DNA of 64,000 nucleotides. It comes from Octopus sinensis. Its lineage: Eukaryota. A model generated the notes under the pieces. The model saw only the letters and a program-made list of their open reading frames with translations, was not told the origin of the DNA and made no database searches. Location of the stretch: positions 21,204,001 through 21,268,000 of the forward strand of contig NC_043002.1 in assembly GCF_006345805.1 (NCBI RefSeq), in the 5' to 3' direction. This document shows positions 39,641 through 53,302 of the stretch, one piece after another; position 1 is the stretch's first letter; each line of letters starts with the position of its first letter. The translations under genes and the position numbers were made by a program.

Positions 39641-42600
39641 CTGCAAAGATTTAAGAAGAAAAAGAAAATGTAGAAGTGATATTGTTTAGTAAGGACAAAT
39701 ACATAAACCCCATCGAAAGTCTCAGGGACGACATTTGTCGGGAAAAACGATAGTTAAGATAACTTTAATGATTAATGTTATTTTAATTATTATTTCAACG
39801 TGTACTGGAGTCTGTTCTGCTCTTGTTTTCATCTGAAGCTAATAAAGTTGTTCCTGTTGGCCTTGAACGACAAAGACATTCTGATCGTGACAGCCCTGTA
39901 GTTTTTGTATAACATAATCCAATGTATCCTAATTGTGGAGCGGTGAGCTGGCAGAATCGCTAGCATGCCGGGCGAAATGCTTAGCGGTATTTCGTCTGTC
40001 GTTACGTTCTGAGTTCAATTTCTGCTGAGGTCAACTTTGCCTTTCATCCTTTAGGGGTTGATTAAATAAGTACCAGTTATGCACTGGGGTCGATATAATC
40101 AACTTAATCTGTTTGTCTGTCCTTGTTTGTCCTCTCTGTGTTTAGCCCCTTGTGAGTAGTAAAGAAATAGGTATACATGGTAGGCGCAGGTGTGGCTGTG
40201 TGGTAAGAAGCTTGCTTCCCAACCACATAGTTCCAGGTTCAGTTTCACGGCATGGCACTTTGGGCAAGCAACTTCTATTACACCCTTTTGGCTGACCAAA
40301 ACCTTGTGAGTAGATTTGGGTAGATGGAAACTGAAAGAAGCCCGTCGTATGTATGTATATAACTTTGTTTCCCACTACCGCTTTGTTAGTGTGTTTACGT
40401 CCCAGTGACATAGTGTTTTGGCAAAAGAAAGCAATAGACCAAGTACTAGGATTGATTCTTGAAGGCGGTGCCCCAGTATGGCCACAAGACTCTTTGATTC
40501 TCTAAACAGTGATTGGCCTACACAATACATTTAAGGAAAGACAAAATTAACCTCAGTGTGATTTGAACCCAGAACGTAAAGAGTCGGAAGAAATGCCATA
40601 AACAATTTTGTCCAACGATCTAACGCCTCTGCACGCCAGGTGTCCTTACCATCACTCTAAATAATAATCTTTTTAAAACCAAAATTGTATTCACCTCAAT
40701 AGATGTCATTGATTTTTTGAAATTGCCGAAATACGAGAAATTTAACAACAAATAGCTTACAAACTACAGAATTTTCTCAAGAACGCCAAGAGAAAAAGAT
40801 GTTTCATGTGACACATTCTACCAGTATACGCAGTTTAAAAGTGTTTAGTTACAAAAAATTACTTTTTAAATAAAAAGATCCAAAAAAAAAAAGACCATCC
40901 AATATCTTCCCCGAGTCATAAGGCAGGTTTATGGTTTCCATGGCGTATATATATATTCCTCACCTGGACAGGACGCCGGTTCGTCGCAGGATAACTCATT
41001 TTTGCCCACTGGGTGGACTGGAACAACGTGAAATGAAGTGTTTTGCTCAAGAACAACGCGTCGCCCACTCCAGACATCGAAACCAAAATCTTACGATCAT
41101 ACGTCCAACACACTGACCACTAAGTCACTCGCTTCCACTCTTTAAATAAATAAAATAATGAATTATGGGTAAAATGATTTGTTTGTGTCATATTTTGCCA
41201 CAAGAGTAAATAAGTGAATTGGAGGAAGAAGAGAATAAAAGTTCTGATCAGGAATTGAATCTAAATTTGAAGTGTCAACAGTATCAAGATATCTCAGTTA
41301 TCGCCCTTGGACTCAGTCAAAACCCGAATATAAAACTGAGTCAGATTATAATGGTGATGGTCTACATCAGTAGTTCCTAACCTTTTCACTACCAAAGAGC
41401 CCTTTTAATATGCTTATATATATGTGTGTGTATATGTTTGTGTGTCTGTGCTTGTCCCTCCAACATTGCTTGACAACCGATGCTGGTGTGTTTATGTCCC
41501 TGTAACTTAGCAGTTCGGCAAAAGAGACCGACAGGATAAGTACTAGGCTTACAGAGAATAAGTCCTGGGGTCGATTTGCTCGACTAAAGGCGGTGCTCCA
41601 GCATGGCTGCAGGCAAATGACTGAAGCAAGCAAAAGAGTAGAGAGAGCGAAACAAGGTAACGCAAAACAACTGAGTATATATCGTCAAAACCGACAAAGA
41701 TTTATTTTATATTTATACAGCGAAATAAGGCGGCGTAATGGCAGAGTTGTTAACTCATTGTAGCTTAGTGGATGAATTCAAATTCCGACGAGGTCGTCTT
41801 TGCCTTTCATCCTTTCGGGGTCGATAACATAAGTCCTAGTTTGAGCACTAGAGTCGATGTAACCGACCGCCCCGTCCCCCTAATTTCAGGCACTGTGCCT
41901 ATAGTAGAAAAGATTTATATTAGCGAAGTAAGGCGAGGAGCTGGCAGAATTGTTAACGCAGTGGACAAAATGCTTAGCGGCAATTCGTCCGTCTTTATGT
42001 TCTGAGTTCAAATTCCGTCGAGGTCGACTTTGCCTTTCATCCTCTTAGGGTCGATAAAACAAGTACCAGTTGAGTACTGGGGCTGGTGTAATCTATTAGC
42101 CCCTCCCCCGAACTTGCTGACTTTGTGCCAAAATTTGAGTTTAAATATTCCAATGCATTTTATACTATCAACTTGGTTTGTTGTCAGCCATGTTTGAAAA
42201 AATAGTGCATTATATGCGAACATTTCTGTTCGATTTTGGTGGAAGTTATTTCGTTTTTCCTATCATTCAGAACTCACCTAGTACATGGTAAGTTAAATGG
42301 GACGAGATCGCCTAAATAGTATTAAAATAACTCATTTAAAAAATGGGAACATATTGTTTCTTTGATAAAATAGAATTTATATATATCTTAACTTGAATAG
42401 TCACTGAGATTGCAAACTTGCAACTGAAGTAATGAAGCAAGCAAATTAGATATAACAGAGGCACCAAAGTATTTTATAATTCAATATATCGCCTTGAAGG
42501 AATGATAACAGAAATGCACAACAGAATACATCTATCTTCGTTTATCACGGGGGTTTGGTAAAAGAAAAAAACAACAACCAACACCATCATAAATAAAATA

Positions 42601-43084
42601 ATTGAACACATGGGAATATTAGGTTTGGTTCCGAGATTCCAAGTTGTCCCCACCACCATCACCACCACTAACTTACCCAAATAAACCTCTGGCAGTTTTT
42701 AAACAGATTAATATTATTTCGTGCTTGGAAAAAAATGTTTAGAATAAAATTTAATAACATATGATTTGTAAACAATAAATAAATAACTGAAATATATCTT
42801 AACAAGTAGAATCTTTGACTGATTGCTGACCCGTGTTATCACAGATTAATTCAGGATTAGCGTAACATGATTCACAATTGATCGTGCCGTGTTATTCCAG
42901 ATCATTGATGAATGAATCTGTGATAAACGATGATAGATGGATTTATTTATGCCTGATGTAAGAAATAGTCGAACCTAAGTTACCTCCCCTGAATTTTAAC
43001 TTTGTATTTAGAATTTACTCTTTCAAAAGTGATAATGAATGAGAAAATAGGATATGTCGGTTATATAAAGAAAAGAGAACTTAC

Positions 43085-43142
43085 CGAAATTATTATTATA
43101 TTCGTCAAGGAACTGACTCATGACAATGCAGTCTTCAAATCC
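43085..43142 (-). CDS. KMO: KMO exon: GFEDCIVMSQFLDEYNNNF(E)
   Basis: atttgacag acceptor, g|gtaagt donor; matches GFEDCLVFDELMDKF. Confidence 0.95.
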
Positions 43143-43709
43143 CTGTCAAATATAATAAATGAAATATGTATATTTTTTTAAGCAATAATAAATCTTAGAG
43201 CGAGTTATAAACAGTAGCTGCAACACATCGTGACGTATAGTTGCCATTTAAATATGGCTAAGCATCACCCTTAGGGGTTAGCCATATTTAAATGGTAAAT
43301 ATATGTCACGGTATATATTTTTTATTTCTTCGATTTGTTTGTCTAAACCAACAAAAAAAAAACGTAAATATAAAAATCGAGAAACTTTTAAGGGTGAGTT
43401 ACGCGAAAGAAATGCACCCCAAGCTACCAATGAGACACGGGTTCGTTTCTTCAGTGGGTGCAAACTTTCTGCATTCTCTTTGGCATAACACTTATTTTTG
43501 CATTAATATTTTGTTTAAAGGAGTCTCTTGGTAATCGCTCGATTTGCTGGAAATAGCAGCTTATTTTCTTTGTCTCTGTTCATGTAAGAATTGCATCGAG
43601 AATGAGGCGCTTATGTTGTGAGTGAACGTGACTAGTGTGCAGAATCGTCACATTCCACTCTGCTGGCGTATTTGATGTTCAACTACAATGGGGGGTTCTC
43701 AACCATTCT

Positions 43710-44124
43710 GGATCTTTTCGGTTTGAACGGCAGTGTTTTCTAGCGGTGTCATATGAAACTGTCACCCATAATTATGACCCTAGAATCGATCTATTGCATT
43801 TCAATCTCTTTTAGGGTTAGGGTCAAGAGTGTGGGAATGGTATCTTTTTTTTTCTTCACAAATGTAAATAAACCCAATATGTTTCTTAAATGAGGGACAT
43901 ATTCATACGGCACAGAATACTTTTTAACTCGACGTCACTGATTGGTTGAAATTGCAGAAATTGAAGAAAAAACAACAACAAATATCTTACAAACTATAGA
44001 ATTTTCTCAATAAAGCCAAGAGAAAAAGATGTTTTATTAACACATTCTACCAGTACACGAAGTTTAAAATTTTCTAGTTACCTAGAAATTATGTTAAAAA
44101 CTGCCGTTCAAACCGAAAAGATCC
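43710..44124. mobile_element. MITE with ~29-bp TIRs (GGATCTTTTCGGTTTGAACGGCAG) and perfect 8-bp TSD ACCATTCT
   Basis: TSD at 43702-43709 and 44125-44132; partial relative at 40680-40861. Confidence 0.9.
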
Positions 44125-44317
44125 ACCATTCTTTATCTATGGATCACTTTGATTACTATTCTACTCCGGTGGACCCCCACTGTCACTCGATGTTTAAAAA
44201 CTAGTTTTATAGATACTTCATTCAAGATTCCTATTGTGTTTTTCACACATTAACTTGTGTACGCTGAACTACATAGAATGCTAGAGAAAGAATCCCAGCA
44301 GTTTCTTCCAACAAATA

Positions 44318-44883
44318 TTGGGTTGTCCGGAAAGTTTGTGCCGATTTTTAAAGGAAAGAAAAAGATCAATAAATACTTGCCATTACATTTTAAATCAACC
44401 AAATATGAGCCATTTTGTTGCACAATGCGTCTCCATCTTTCCTTTAACTTGAAAATATCCTCTTCCCAGAATTGAGGTGGTTTCATGGCAAAGAATTCAT
44501 CAAGGTATATTTTTACGTCATCCAAGGAATTGAAACTTTTACTATTAAGACTATTCTGCAGAGACCTGAATAAGTGGAAATCCGAAGGAGCAATATCAGG
44601 TGAATATGGAGGGTGGGATAACACATCCCAGCCGAGCTGCAGCAATTTTTGTCTGGTTCCCAAAGCATCAAGTGCCGAAAATGAACTTTCTTATCTTCCA
44701 TTTTAAAAGGTTACAGAATTAAAACAGGTTATAAGAGCATAAACCTTCTTCCACGAAAAGATAGCTTAAACTGTGCTCTAAATGGAGATGTAGTCAAATG
44801 CTATTTTATTGACTCGACCATGTTCTAAAATAAGTCGAAAGGTAAGCTACTATAAATCGGCACGAACTTTCCGGACAGCCCAA
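44318..44883 (-). mobile_element. Internally deleted mariner transposon, 566 bp
   Basis: TA-flanked 30-bp TIRs (ttgggttgtccggaaagtttgtgccgattt, 2 mismatches); MEDKKVHFRHLML N-terminus and HPPYSPDIAPSDFHLF C-terminal motif. Confidence 0.95.
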
Positions 44884-45138
44884 TACATATAAAATGAACT
44901 CTGCATCCCCAGTTTATTATTTTGCGTGCGTGGACCTCCAAATCTCTTATAAAGAACCCATGTGTCAAATGGACCCCGATTGAGAACCAACCAGTGAATT
45001 TGAGCATGCGAAGGTTAATCAACTTCTGCAGAAGAAACTATGAACGGAGACAGGAGTGGTAGAGTGTTAGGCAAATATGTAATGTGAAATATGAACTCGC
45101 AATCTACGAGTTGGGCGACTCGGCTCCTTACCCCGTCA

Positions 45139-45270
<132 letters not shown>

Positions 45271-45849
45271 CTAGAATCAAAGAAAGAAAGAGATCAAGAT
45301 GTCATCATCATCATCGGTAGCAGCAGCATTAGGAAACCTCAGAATGCACATACATGTCAATACACCTCATGTGTCGTCGTCATCATCATCATCGTCGTCT
45401 TCGTAGTTGTCATCGTCGTCGTCGTCATCATCATCATCCTATACGCCCTCTTTGCCAAAAAACCTGAGACAAAACCTGTTCCGTTTCGTCACAAACATCA
45501 TTACCCAAAACATAGCACCAATTGAAAGGTGTACACACCACTATAACTACCCAGTATACCATTAACTGAAACAAACAACCTAAAGATCCACAACAGGTAA
45601 TAGCTCTTTAAACATTTTCTATACCCACCTAACTTTCCATAGCTACTATAATTTCATTTCTACAACCACTCCTAGAACTAATAATGTTACTCATCATCAT
45701 CATCCTTCAACCAGCCTATGGTTGATCGGAACCCCATCGACAACCTCTTTCCACACTACACGGTCCTCCATTGCTGTGTTCAGATCTCTAATATCCAGTC
45801 CTGAGTCCCGAGATATAGTATCTGGAAATTTCAGTATCCTGGAGAGACC

Positions 45850-46423
45850 ACCAGGTTGAGCAGCGTGCTTTCAGCAATGTGACGCAGGATAAGACGTATC
45901 CTCTCCAATCTCATGGCCTTATAAACTTGCGTGAGCTCATGACAGCAGTTCATCTTCTAGGGATGGATTCTGAGATCCTCCTTCGGCACTCGATACATCG
46001 ATGTTCGGCTTATTTTTGCTGTGGCAGCCAGTATTCTGGCGGAACATCGAAGATTTCACTGTATCTTATTTTTCGATACTTTTGATAAGCTGAGGGGTCT
46101 GCATATTCTTTTTTCGGCCACGACCAGGTCGTTCAGCAGTGGAGCCAGTCTCTTGAAATTTCTTGACAGTTTTCCAGACTGTTCTTCGGTTAATTTAAAG
46201 TTGTTTTGCTATAGATGTATTACTTTCGCCTCATTTGTAGAAGGTTATGATTGTATTTTGGTCTATAGCCATTATCTAATTTATAAATCTGGATTTATTA
46301 AGTCTGAAATAAAAAGAAGACACACTAAACTTTTATAATGATGTATAATTTTCATATCTTATCACATTTATTGATAGTTATTAAAGCCCGAAACTTCGGT
46401 TGCCTTAATTTCGGGACATCCTG
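45850..46423 (-). mobile_element. Degenerate 5' part of a Tc1/mariner-superfamily element
   Basis: TA|caggatgtcccgaaatt terminus; interrupted HTH-like translation SIAKQL*INRRTVWKTVKKFQETGSTAERPGRGRK. Confidence 0.7.
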
Positions 46424-46794
46424 TATATCTAAAAATTAAATAGATTGGATGGTCACGCCTAGAATATCTTTGATCTTGGTCATCAGTGTTAAACAACAAA
46501 AATGACAGCACGAAAAGATAGCGCTCAAACTGCAAGAAATATCAGTCGCACATTCCAGAAATCAATGCCAAGACGCGATGGTCACAGCTGGAACTGTTTT
46601 TGATCATAGGACTACTCGATCAAGAGTGACTTGGGGTTAAATTGCTGTTTGATGTATTACCAAGATAAAGTTGGTCACGGCTGGAATGCTTTTGGTTTCT
46701 CAGTCAAGGTGAGCATGGAGATAAACAGCGTCTGAAAATCATAATGCTGAACTGAAAAAAAAAAATGCAAGGGGGGATAACTCCTCATATTTAC

Positions 46795-46852
46795 CTTGAC
46801 TGTTACCATTGGAAGAGCTTTTCTACTGAAGAATGTTTCAACAAGGGCTTCT
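46795..46852 (-). CDS. KMO: KMO exon: EALVETFFSRKALPMVTVK
   Basis: ttcctttcag acceptor, aag|gtaaat donor, phase 2 in and phase 0 out; matches [20 protein letters not shown]. Confidence 0.92.
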
Positions 46853-48308
46853 CTGAAAGGAAAATAATTCCTTAATTAGACTTTACTTTAAAACAAACAA
46901 AAAAATAACAATAATAATAATAATTTTGCTTTGTAAAATATGTACAGATCTGATAGTAATATATATAAACAATTGCAGCGTGGAAGATGTTTGTAAGTCA
47001 TTCAAGAACACACAAAAACCACTAGTTTCACTTCAACATTTAAATTTAATTTGTGTCAAAATATTTTCGTCGATTTGAAACCGCGACCTGTTCACTGACA
47101 AAACTTGGTGCAGTTTTTGTGTGTTCTTGCATAACTTACAAATATCTTAAACGCTGCAATAATTATTTTTGTTTTAGTACACGATCTCAGATCAAGTTAC
47201 TTGCTATGCAAGTACATCTCCATAATACATACATACATATTTCATTTTAATTAGTGAAGGTACTAAAGTCTCTTAAGAGATGCGAGCATCCTAGTTCACC
47301 GGTTTATACCGGCGTTCAGAGAAAAGCAAGTATATTAGTTTATCACCGAAACGTAGAAGTATTTAAATAAACCTTTTTAAATAAAATGAAGAAAATGGAT
47401 AAAGATTTATGTACAGATGTTTTTAATGATAATAATAATGAAATTATTGTATACAGTGCTCAGGTGCACCACAACTTGTCAAAAGTGCGTATAAAGCATA
47501 TGCAGTAATGTACAAATGTCTGGGAAGCGAACAGTGTATGAGTCAGATACATGCTTGTGTGTGTACGGAGGGGAGAAAATCAGGTGTAGTGTTGGCGAAT
47601 CTCAGGAAGCATGGAAGTTTTGAAGGATGCAGTGCTCCGACAACTAACAACTGATGCCGGCAGTTTGTTCCATGCTTCAGCAACTCTTAGCATGAAAAAA
47701 TGTTTCCGAAAGTCATGGGAGCTGTGCTGTTTTCTGACTTTGTAAATATGTCCACGGGTGTTAGACAGGTGGAGTTTTTATTTAAAGACAGTCAAATTCA
47801 TACATCAAAATTCCTACCTACAGCTGTTTCCACACACGATTCTTCATTTCCAGAAATAAAATTCCATATTCGAAACCAGTGAATCGGATATATCCTCAGG
47901 GAGAATTTCAAAAGGAAGTTATTTAACAGCGTGTAAGCTAACCTACGACAAACTCAGAAGTGTTAGTTTTTCTTAACGCAAGCGTTCCGTAGAAGCCGTC
48001 ATTGCCACGTATATACAAAAATAAACATTTTCAACACTTCCTTGCTCGTGCCAATATGATACATAATAATTCATTGATGAATAGTTAAGATATAGACATT
48101 ATCGAGAGAAAAAGAATGGTAGATAAAAGCTGGTGAAGAGGTGAGAACGTTGTAGATTAATTGTTAAGGAGAGAGCAGCTAGACATGTCAATTCGTCGAA
48201 CATATGTGCCTGTCAATAATACGACAGATTAACAAAATATATCATATCAAAAACTCCGGCCAACCCCATCCAGAATTGCTACGTCAATCAATGTTTATTC
48301 AAATACAT

Positions 48309-48391
<83 letters not shown>

Positions 48392-48734
48392 CATATATAT
48401 CAAGTAAACACGAACAGAACTCACATATTTATTTATTTGTTGCCCACAAGGGGAAAAACAAGGACAGACGAAGGGATTAAGTCGATAACATCGACCCCAG
48501 TGCGTAACTGGTACTTATTTAATCGACCCCGAAAGGATAAAAGGCAAAGTTGACCTCGACAGAATTTGAACTCAGAACGTAACGGCAGACGAAATATCGC
48601 TAAGCACTTCGTCCGAAATGCTAACGATTCTACAAGCTCACCACCCTACAGAACCCACATATTGCCAGATTTTACCAACAGAAAATCTATACATACATAC
48701 ATACATACATACATACATACATACATACATACAT

Positions 48735-48773
<39 letters not shown>

Positions 48774-50011
48774 CGCACGCACGCGCGCGCACGCACATAA
48801 AATACAGGAAAATTCGATTGGAGGCTGGTGTAAGTCACGTAGAATGACCTGGCCTTCTGTTCAAACATGAGCAGATGCTGAACTCCCAAAATCTCTGGGT
48901 AGAGAGCAACAGCATATTTGCTCAATCAATTGGAAATAATGGCCAAATATCCCTTAAATCACACTCATTTACCTCAAAGCAGGACCGTTGGATGTTATCC
49001 TAAATTCTTTGCACATGTAAAGACATTATTTTCCTCATTTCAATAGCTAACTGTTCGTTGTATCGAGTGTATTGCTTAGACCAATCGGAGATCAGTGGTT
49101 AATGAGTTATAAAATTTTACAAGCACAGATACAATTATTAACCCTCTCTTTTTTGCTTGGAGTCATTCATCCGATCCAAGCAAGCCTCTCTCTGCTTCTG
49201 ACCATAACCCAACAGTAGCCACGTGCCAGTTTGTGTTTTGCTCACTCTTTCTCTTTCATTTGATAGCAATTAATGTCTACGTGGACATAGTCGCGACAGA
49301 ATTCCTGCCAATAAATATATGTATATTTGACTGATATTTCTTTATGTGATGACCACATACATGTTTGCAGGCATTAAAATTGTCGACATAAATTATTCCA
49401 ATGATACGATAACAGTAAAATGTCTACGTATATTTTCTGTATATTTACAACATAAATAAACAATTGCGGCATGGAAGGTGTTTATAAGCCATTTGAGAAA
49501 CACGCAAAATCCATTAGATTCACTTTAACATTTTGCACGGAAATTTGTCAGTGAACAAGTCGTGGTCTCAAAGAGACGAAAATATTTTGGCAAATTAAAT
49601 TTAAATGTTGAAGTGAATCTGACGGATTTTGTGTTTCTTAAATGGCTTATAAAAACCTTCCACGCTGCAATTGTTTTCGTTCCAGCACACGATCTCAGAT
49701 CAGATCACTTGCCATGCAAGTACATCTCTGAAATAAAACATAAATTATGTATGTAAATATCTCTACATATGTACAGATTTATTTATGTCAATATGCTTGC
49801 ATGCGTGCGCACAAATTTATTGGCAGAAATAAATTAATGCCCGTGTGTGTGTGTGTGTGTGTGTGTGCCAACACACACACACACACAAACACATACACAT
49901 ACATATAAATATTTGTAAATGTGTGTGTATAGTGATATAAAAGCATGATACTATCCTGCATAAATATAGGTGTTTATAATTGTGCATGTGTGTCTGAATG
50001 TTTGTCACTCA

Positions 50012-50206
<195 letters not shown>

Positions 50207-52064
50207 CTATGGAGGTTATTAAAAATATATATACATATATATTAAAAATTAAAATGAAGAAAATGCTTTGCAAACTTTATCATGAATTAAAGAAATGAAG
50301 TATTTACATTTCTATCAAAATATGCTACAGGTTTCAATAGCTTAAAGAGAAAACCTAGTCATGCTAAATTAAAATGGAAAATAAATTATTACTTGCTACT
50401 GATGAAGTTAAAAAAAAAGAAACTAGATTGACCAATGCCACTGTTGCTGCTGGACAATTTTTGCCTTCTGCTGATAATTTTCTGTGTGTGTGTTTTTTTT
50501 AACACTATGTCTATAAGAGAAGCTTTATGAAGAATTATATTGCAAATTATCAGGCTTTCGATAATGTACAGAGTGTTTGGGTTAAACTTGATAATTTTTT
50601 TACGTCTCCTTTTCTCAGGAACAATTTGTTGTATTGGTAAACAGTCAGTGGTTTTGGAGAGCATAAAAAATATTCAGCCATCTGAATATTGGGAAAGGGT
50701 TACTTGTATCATGATAATTTGCACTGTGTATCAAAATATCAACATTACAACTGCTTCTGTTGCTGTTGAGTGAACGGTCTTCGTCCCAGAGCATGCAAGA
50801 TGGGAGAAGTCCAAAACGTGGTCCTTTGCTATTCGTAAGACCCGCAGAAGAGAAAGCAGGTCAACCCCCGATACCGAGAGCATCGACAGATGGCTGGATG
50901 CGCATCCAGTCTCAGCAGTTGCATAGGAAGTCGGAGTCAAGAAACAGGAAGAAAGAGTGAGAGAAAGTTGGGGCGAAAGAGTACAACAGGGGTTGCCACC
51001 ACCCCCTCCCAGAGCCTCGTGGAGCTTTCGGTGTTTTCGCTCAATAAACACACACAACGCCCAGTCTGGGAATCGAAACCGCAATCCTCCGACCGTGAGT
51101 TCACTGCCCTAACCATTGGGCCATTGCGCCTCCTACAACTGCTGCTCAATGCTCTATGAACACTGTACAGGTTGTAAAATATGACATGGACAGCTGCAAT
51201 GGAAATTACAATGCTGTGGCCACAAGGAAGAAACACAATAGGCATCCACACACTAGAATTCATCTCCAGTTCTTTGATAGGACCTTAGGCCTCAGTTCAG
51301 ATAGTTATGTGAAGCTGCTGTAAACAGTAGTCAAACCCTAACTGGAGACGATTTCTCTGCTGGAAGGCCATATGTATACCAGCAGGGTTGGCTGTGTGGT
51401 AAGTAGCTTGCTTACCAACCACATGGTTCAGTCCCACTGCATGGCACCTTGGCCAAGTGTCTTCTACTATAGCCTCGGGCCGACCAAAGCCTTGTGAGTG
51501 GATTTGGTAGATGGAAACTGAAAGAAGCCTGTCATATATATGTCATCATCATCATCATCGTTTAACGTCCGTTTTCCACGCTAGCACGGGTTGGACGGTT
51601 CGACCGGGGTCTGGGAAGCCAGGGGCTGCTCCAGTAAATATATATATGTGTGTGTGTGTGTGCATGTAAATGTGTGTATGTGTTTGTCACCCCAACATTG
51701 CTTAACAACTGATGCTGGTGTGTTTACGTCCCCGTAACTTAGCGGTTCGGCAAAAGAGTCCGATAGAATAAGTACTAGGCTTACAAAGAATAAGCCCTGG
51801 GGTTGATCTGCTCAACTAAAAGGCACTGCTCCAGCATGGCCGCAGTCAAATGACTGAAACAAGTAAAAGAATAAAATAATATATATATATATATATATTA
51901 TTTTTCTCTTCTTTTTCTCTCCTTGTTTTTTCTGTGTCCTTCTCTGTAGAAGAGCGTAGGCTCGAAATGTAAAAGACTTTTTCTATTCCTGAGCATTATA
52001 CTAATACATCTGTTTGTTTTGTACACCACTTGTCTTCGTCTTTTGTTTTTTTTTCATAAAGTCT

Positions 52065-52149
<85 letters not shown>

Positions 52150-52536
52150 TGAATGGTAGTTTCTCATAGTCCAAGGAAGACAATTCTGAAATTTAATGTT
52201 GAACAACCTGCATAAACGATCTGTTTACAGTGATCAAATATATATACTCTATATTAGCTCACTTCCTCTATCAAATTGACATCGTTAGAACAGGTGCACA
52301 TCAGGTGTCAAAGTGATTGGAGAGCAATATGAGATGAAGTGTATTACTCAAGAACACAATGCACCACCCAGTCCAGGAACTGAAACCATGATCTCAAGTA
52401 ACACCCTAACAACTAGGTTATGCACCCTACATGTGTGTATATATGTACATGGAGGCATACATGAACATGCTCACTCACTGAAATGCATACACAAATGTAC
52501 AACGTTTGTGTATACATATGAACATGAGGTACTCAC

Positions 52537-52705
52537 TTGTCCCGCCTCGTTAGGTGGAATACTTAATTCCATGTAGCCATGTGGAATGAACTTCTGCTGG
52601 AAATCAAACTTCGTTGTTTTCATAATTTGGTTCCGGACAGCAGAATAAGCTCCATCATTGCCAAACACAACATCAAAGTCTTGCTCAACAGTTTCTTTTG
52701 AAGGT
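52537..52705 (-). CDS. KMO: KMO exon with DG motif: PSKETVEQDFDVVFGNDGAYSAVRNQIMKTTKFDFQQKFIPHGYMELSIPPNEAGQ
   Basis: attgtcag acceptor, caa|gtgagt donor; matches CDLIVGCDGAYSTVR...YIPHGYMELTIPP. Confidence 0.96.
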
Positions 52706-53211
52706 CTGACAATATAGAAAGTTTAGGATATTAGAGGTGGAGAGGTGATAACTCTTTTGTATTGGTGGTGGTGGTGGTGGTGGTGGTTGTGATGTTGGTT
52801 GTGATGGTGGTGGTGGTTGTGATGGTGTTGGTGGTGATGGTTGTGATGGTGGTGGTGGTGGTGGTGGTGGTGGTGGTGGTAGTGGTGGCTTTGGAAGTGC
52901 TTTTGCGATTATATTAATGATGAAAAGAAAATGGGGAGAAAGAAAAGGAACAAGAGGATGGCAAGTGCTGCTAGTATTGTTGTTGCTGAGAATGATGATG
53001 GTAGTAGTGCTGGTGGTGTTATTGAGGACAATGGTGACGATGATGGTGGTGGTAATAGTATTAGTGGTGGTGGTGGTGTTAATGGTGATGATGGTGGGAG
53101 GTTGTGGTTATAGTAGTGGTGATAATGGAAGTGGTGGTGGTGGTGGTGGTAATGATGATGATTATGGTATAATGTGATTGTCGTTGACATTCAATAATGT
53201 AAAATACTCAC

Positions 53212-53302
53212 GTTTCAAAAATTGCTTTAGGTTTACCATTGAAAGAACATTGCTTCAGTTTATGTTCGAAATGTAATTCAACATTGGGATGTGACTCAGA
53301 CA
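53212..53302 (-). CDS. KMO: KMO exon: (V)SESHPNVELHFEHKLKQCSFNGKPKAIFE(T)
   Basis: aattttcag acceptor, ac|gtgagt donor; matches AEKYPNVKMHFNHRLLKC. Confidence 0.92.

Noticed and set aside
43415-43480. cccaCTGAAGA...GTA...tggggtgca as a hammerhead on the minus strand
   Set aside because: Only GAAC rather than GAAA, no stem II, and stem I is offset from the cleavage site
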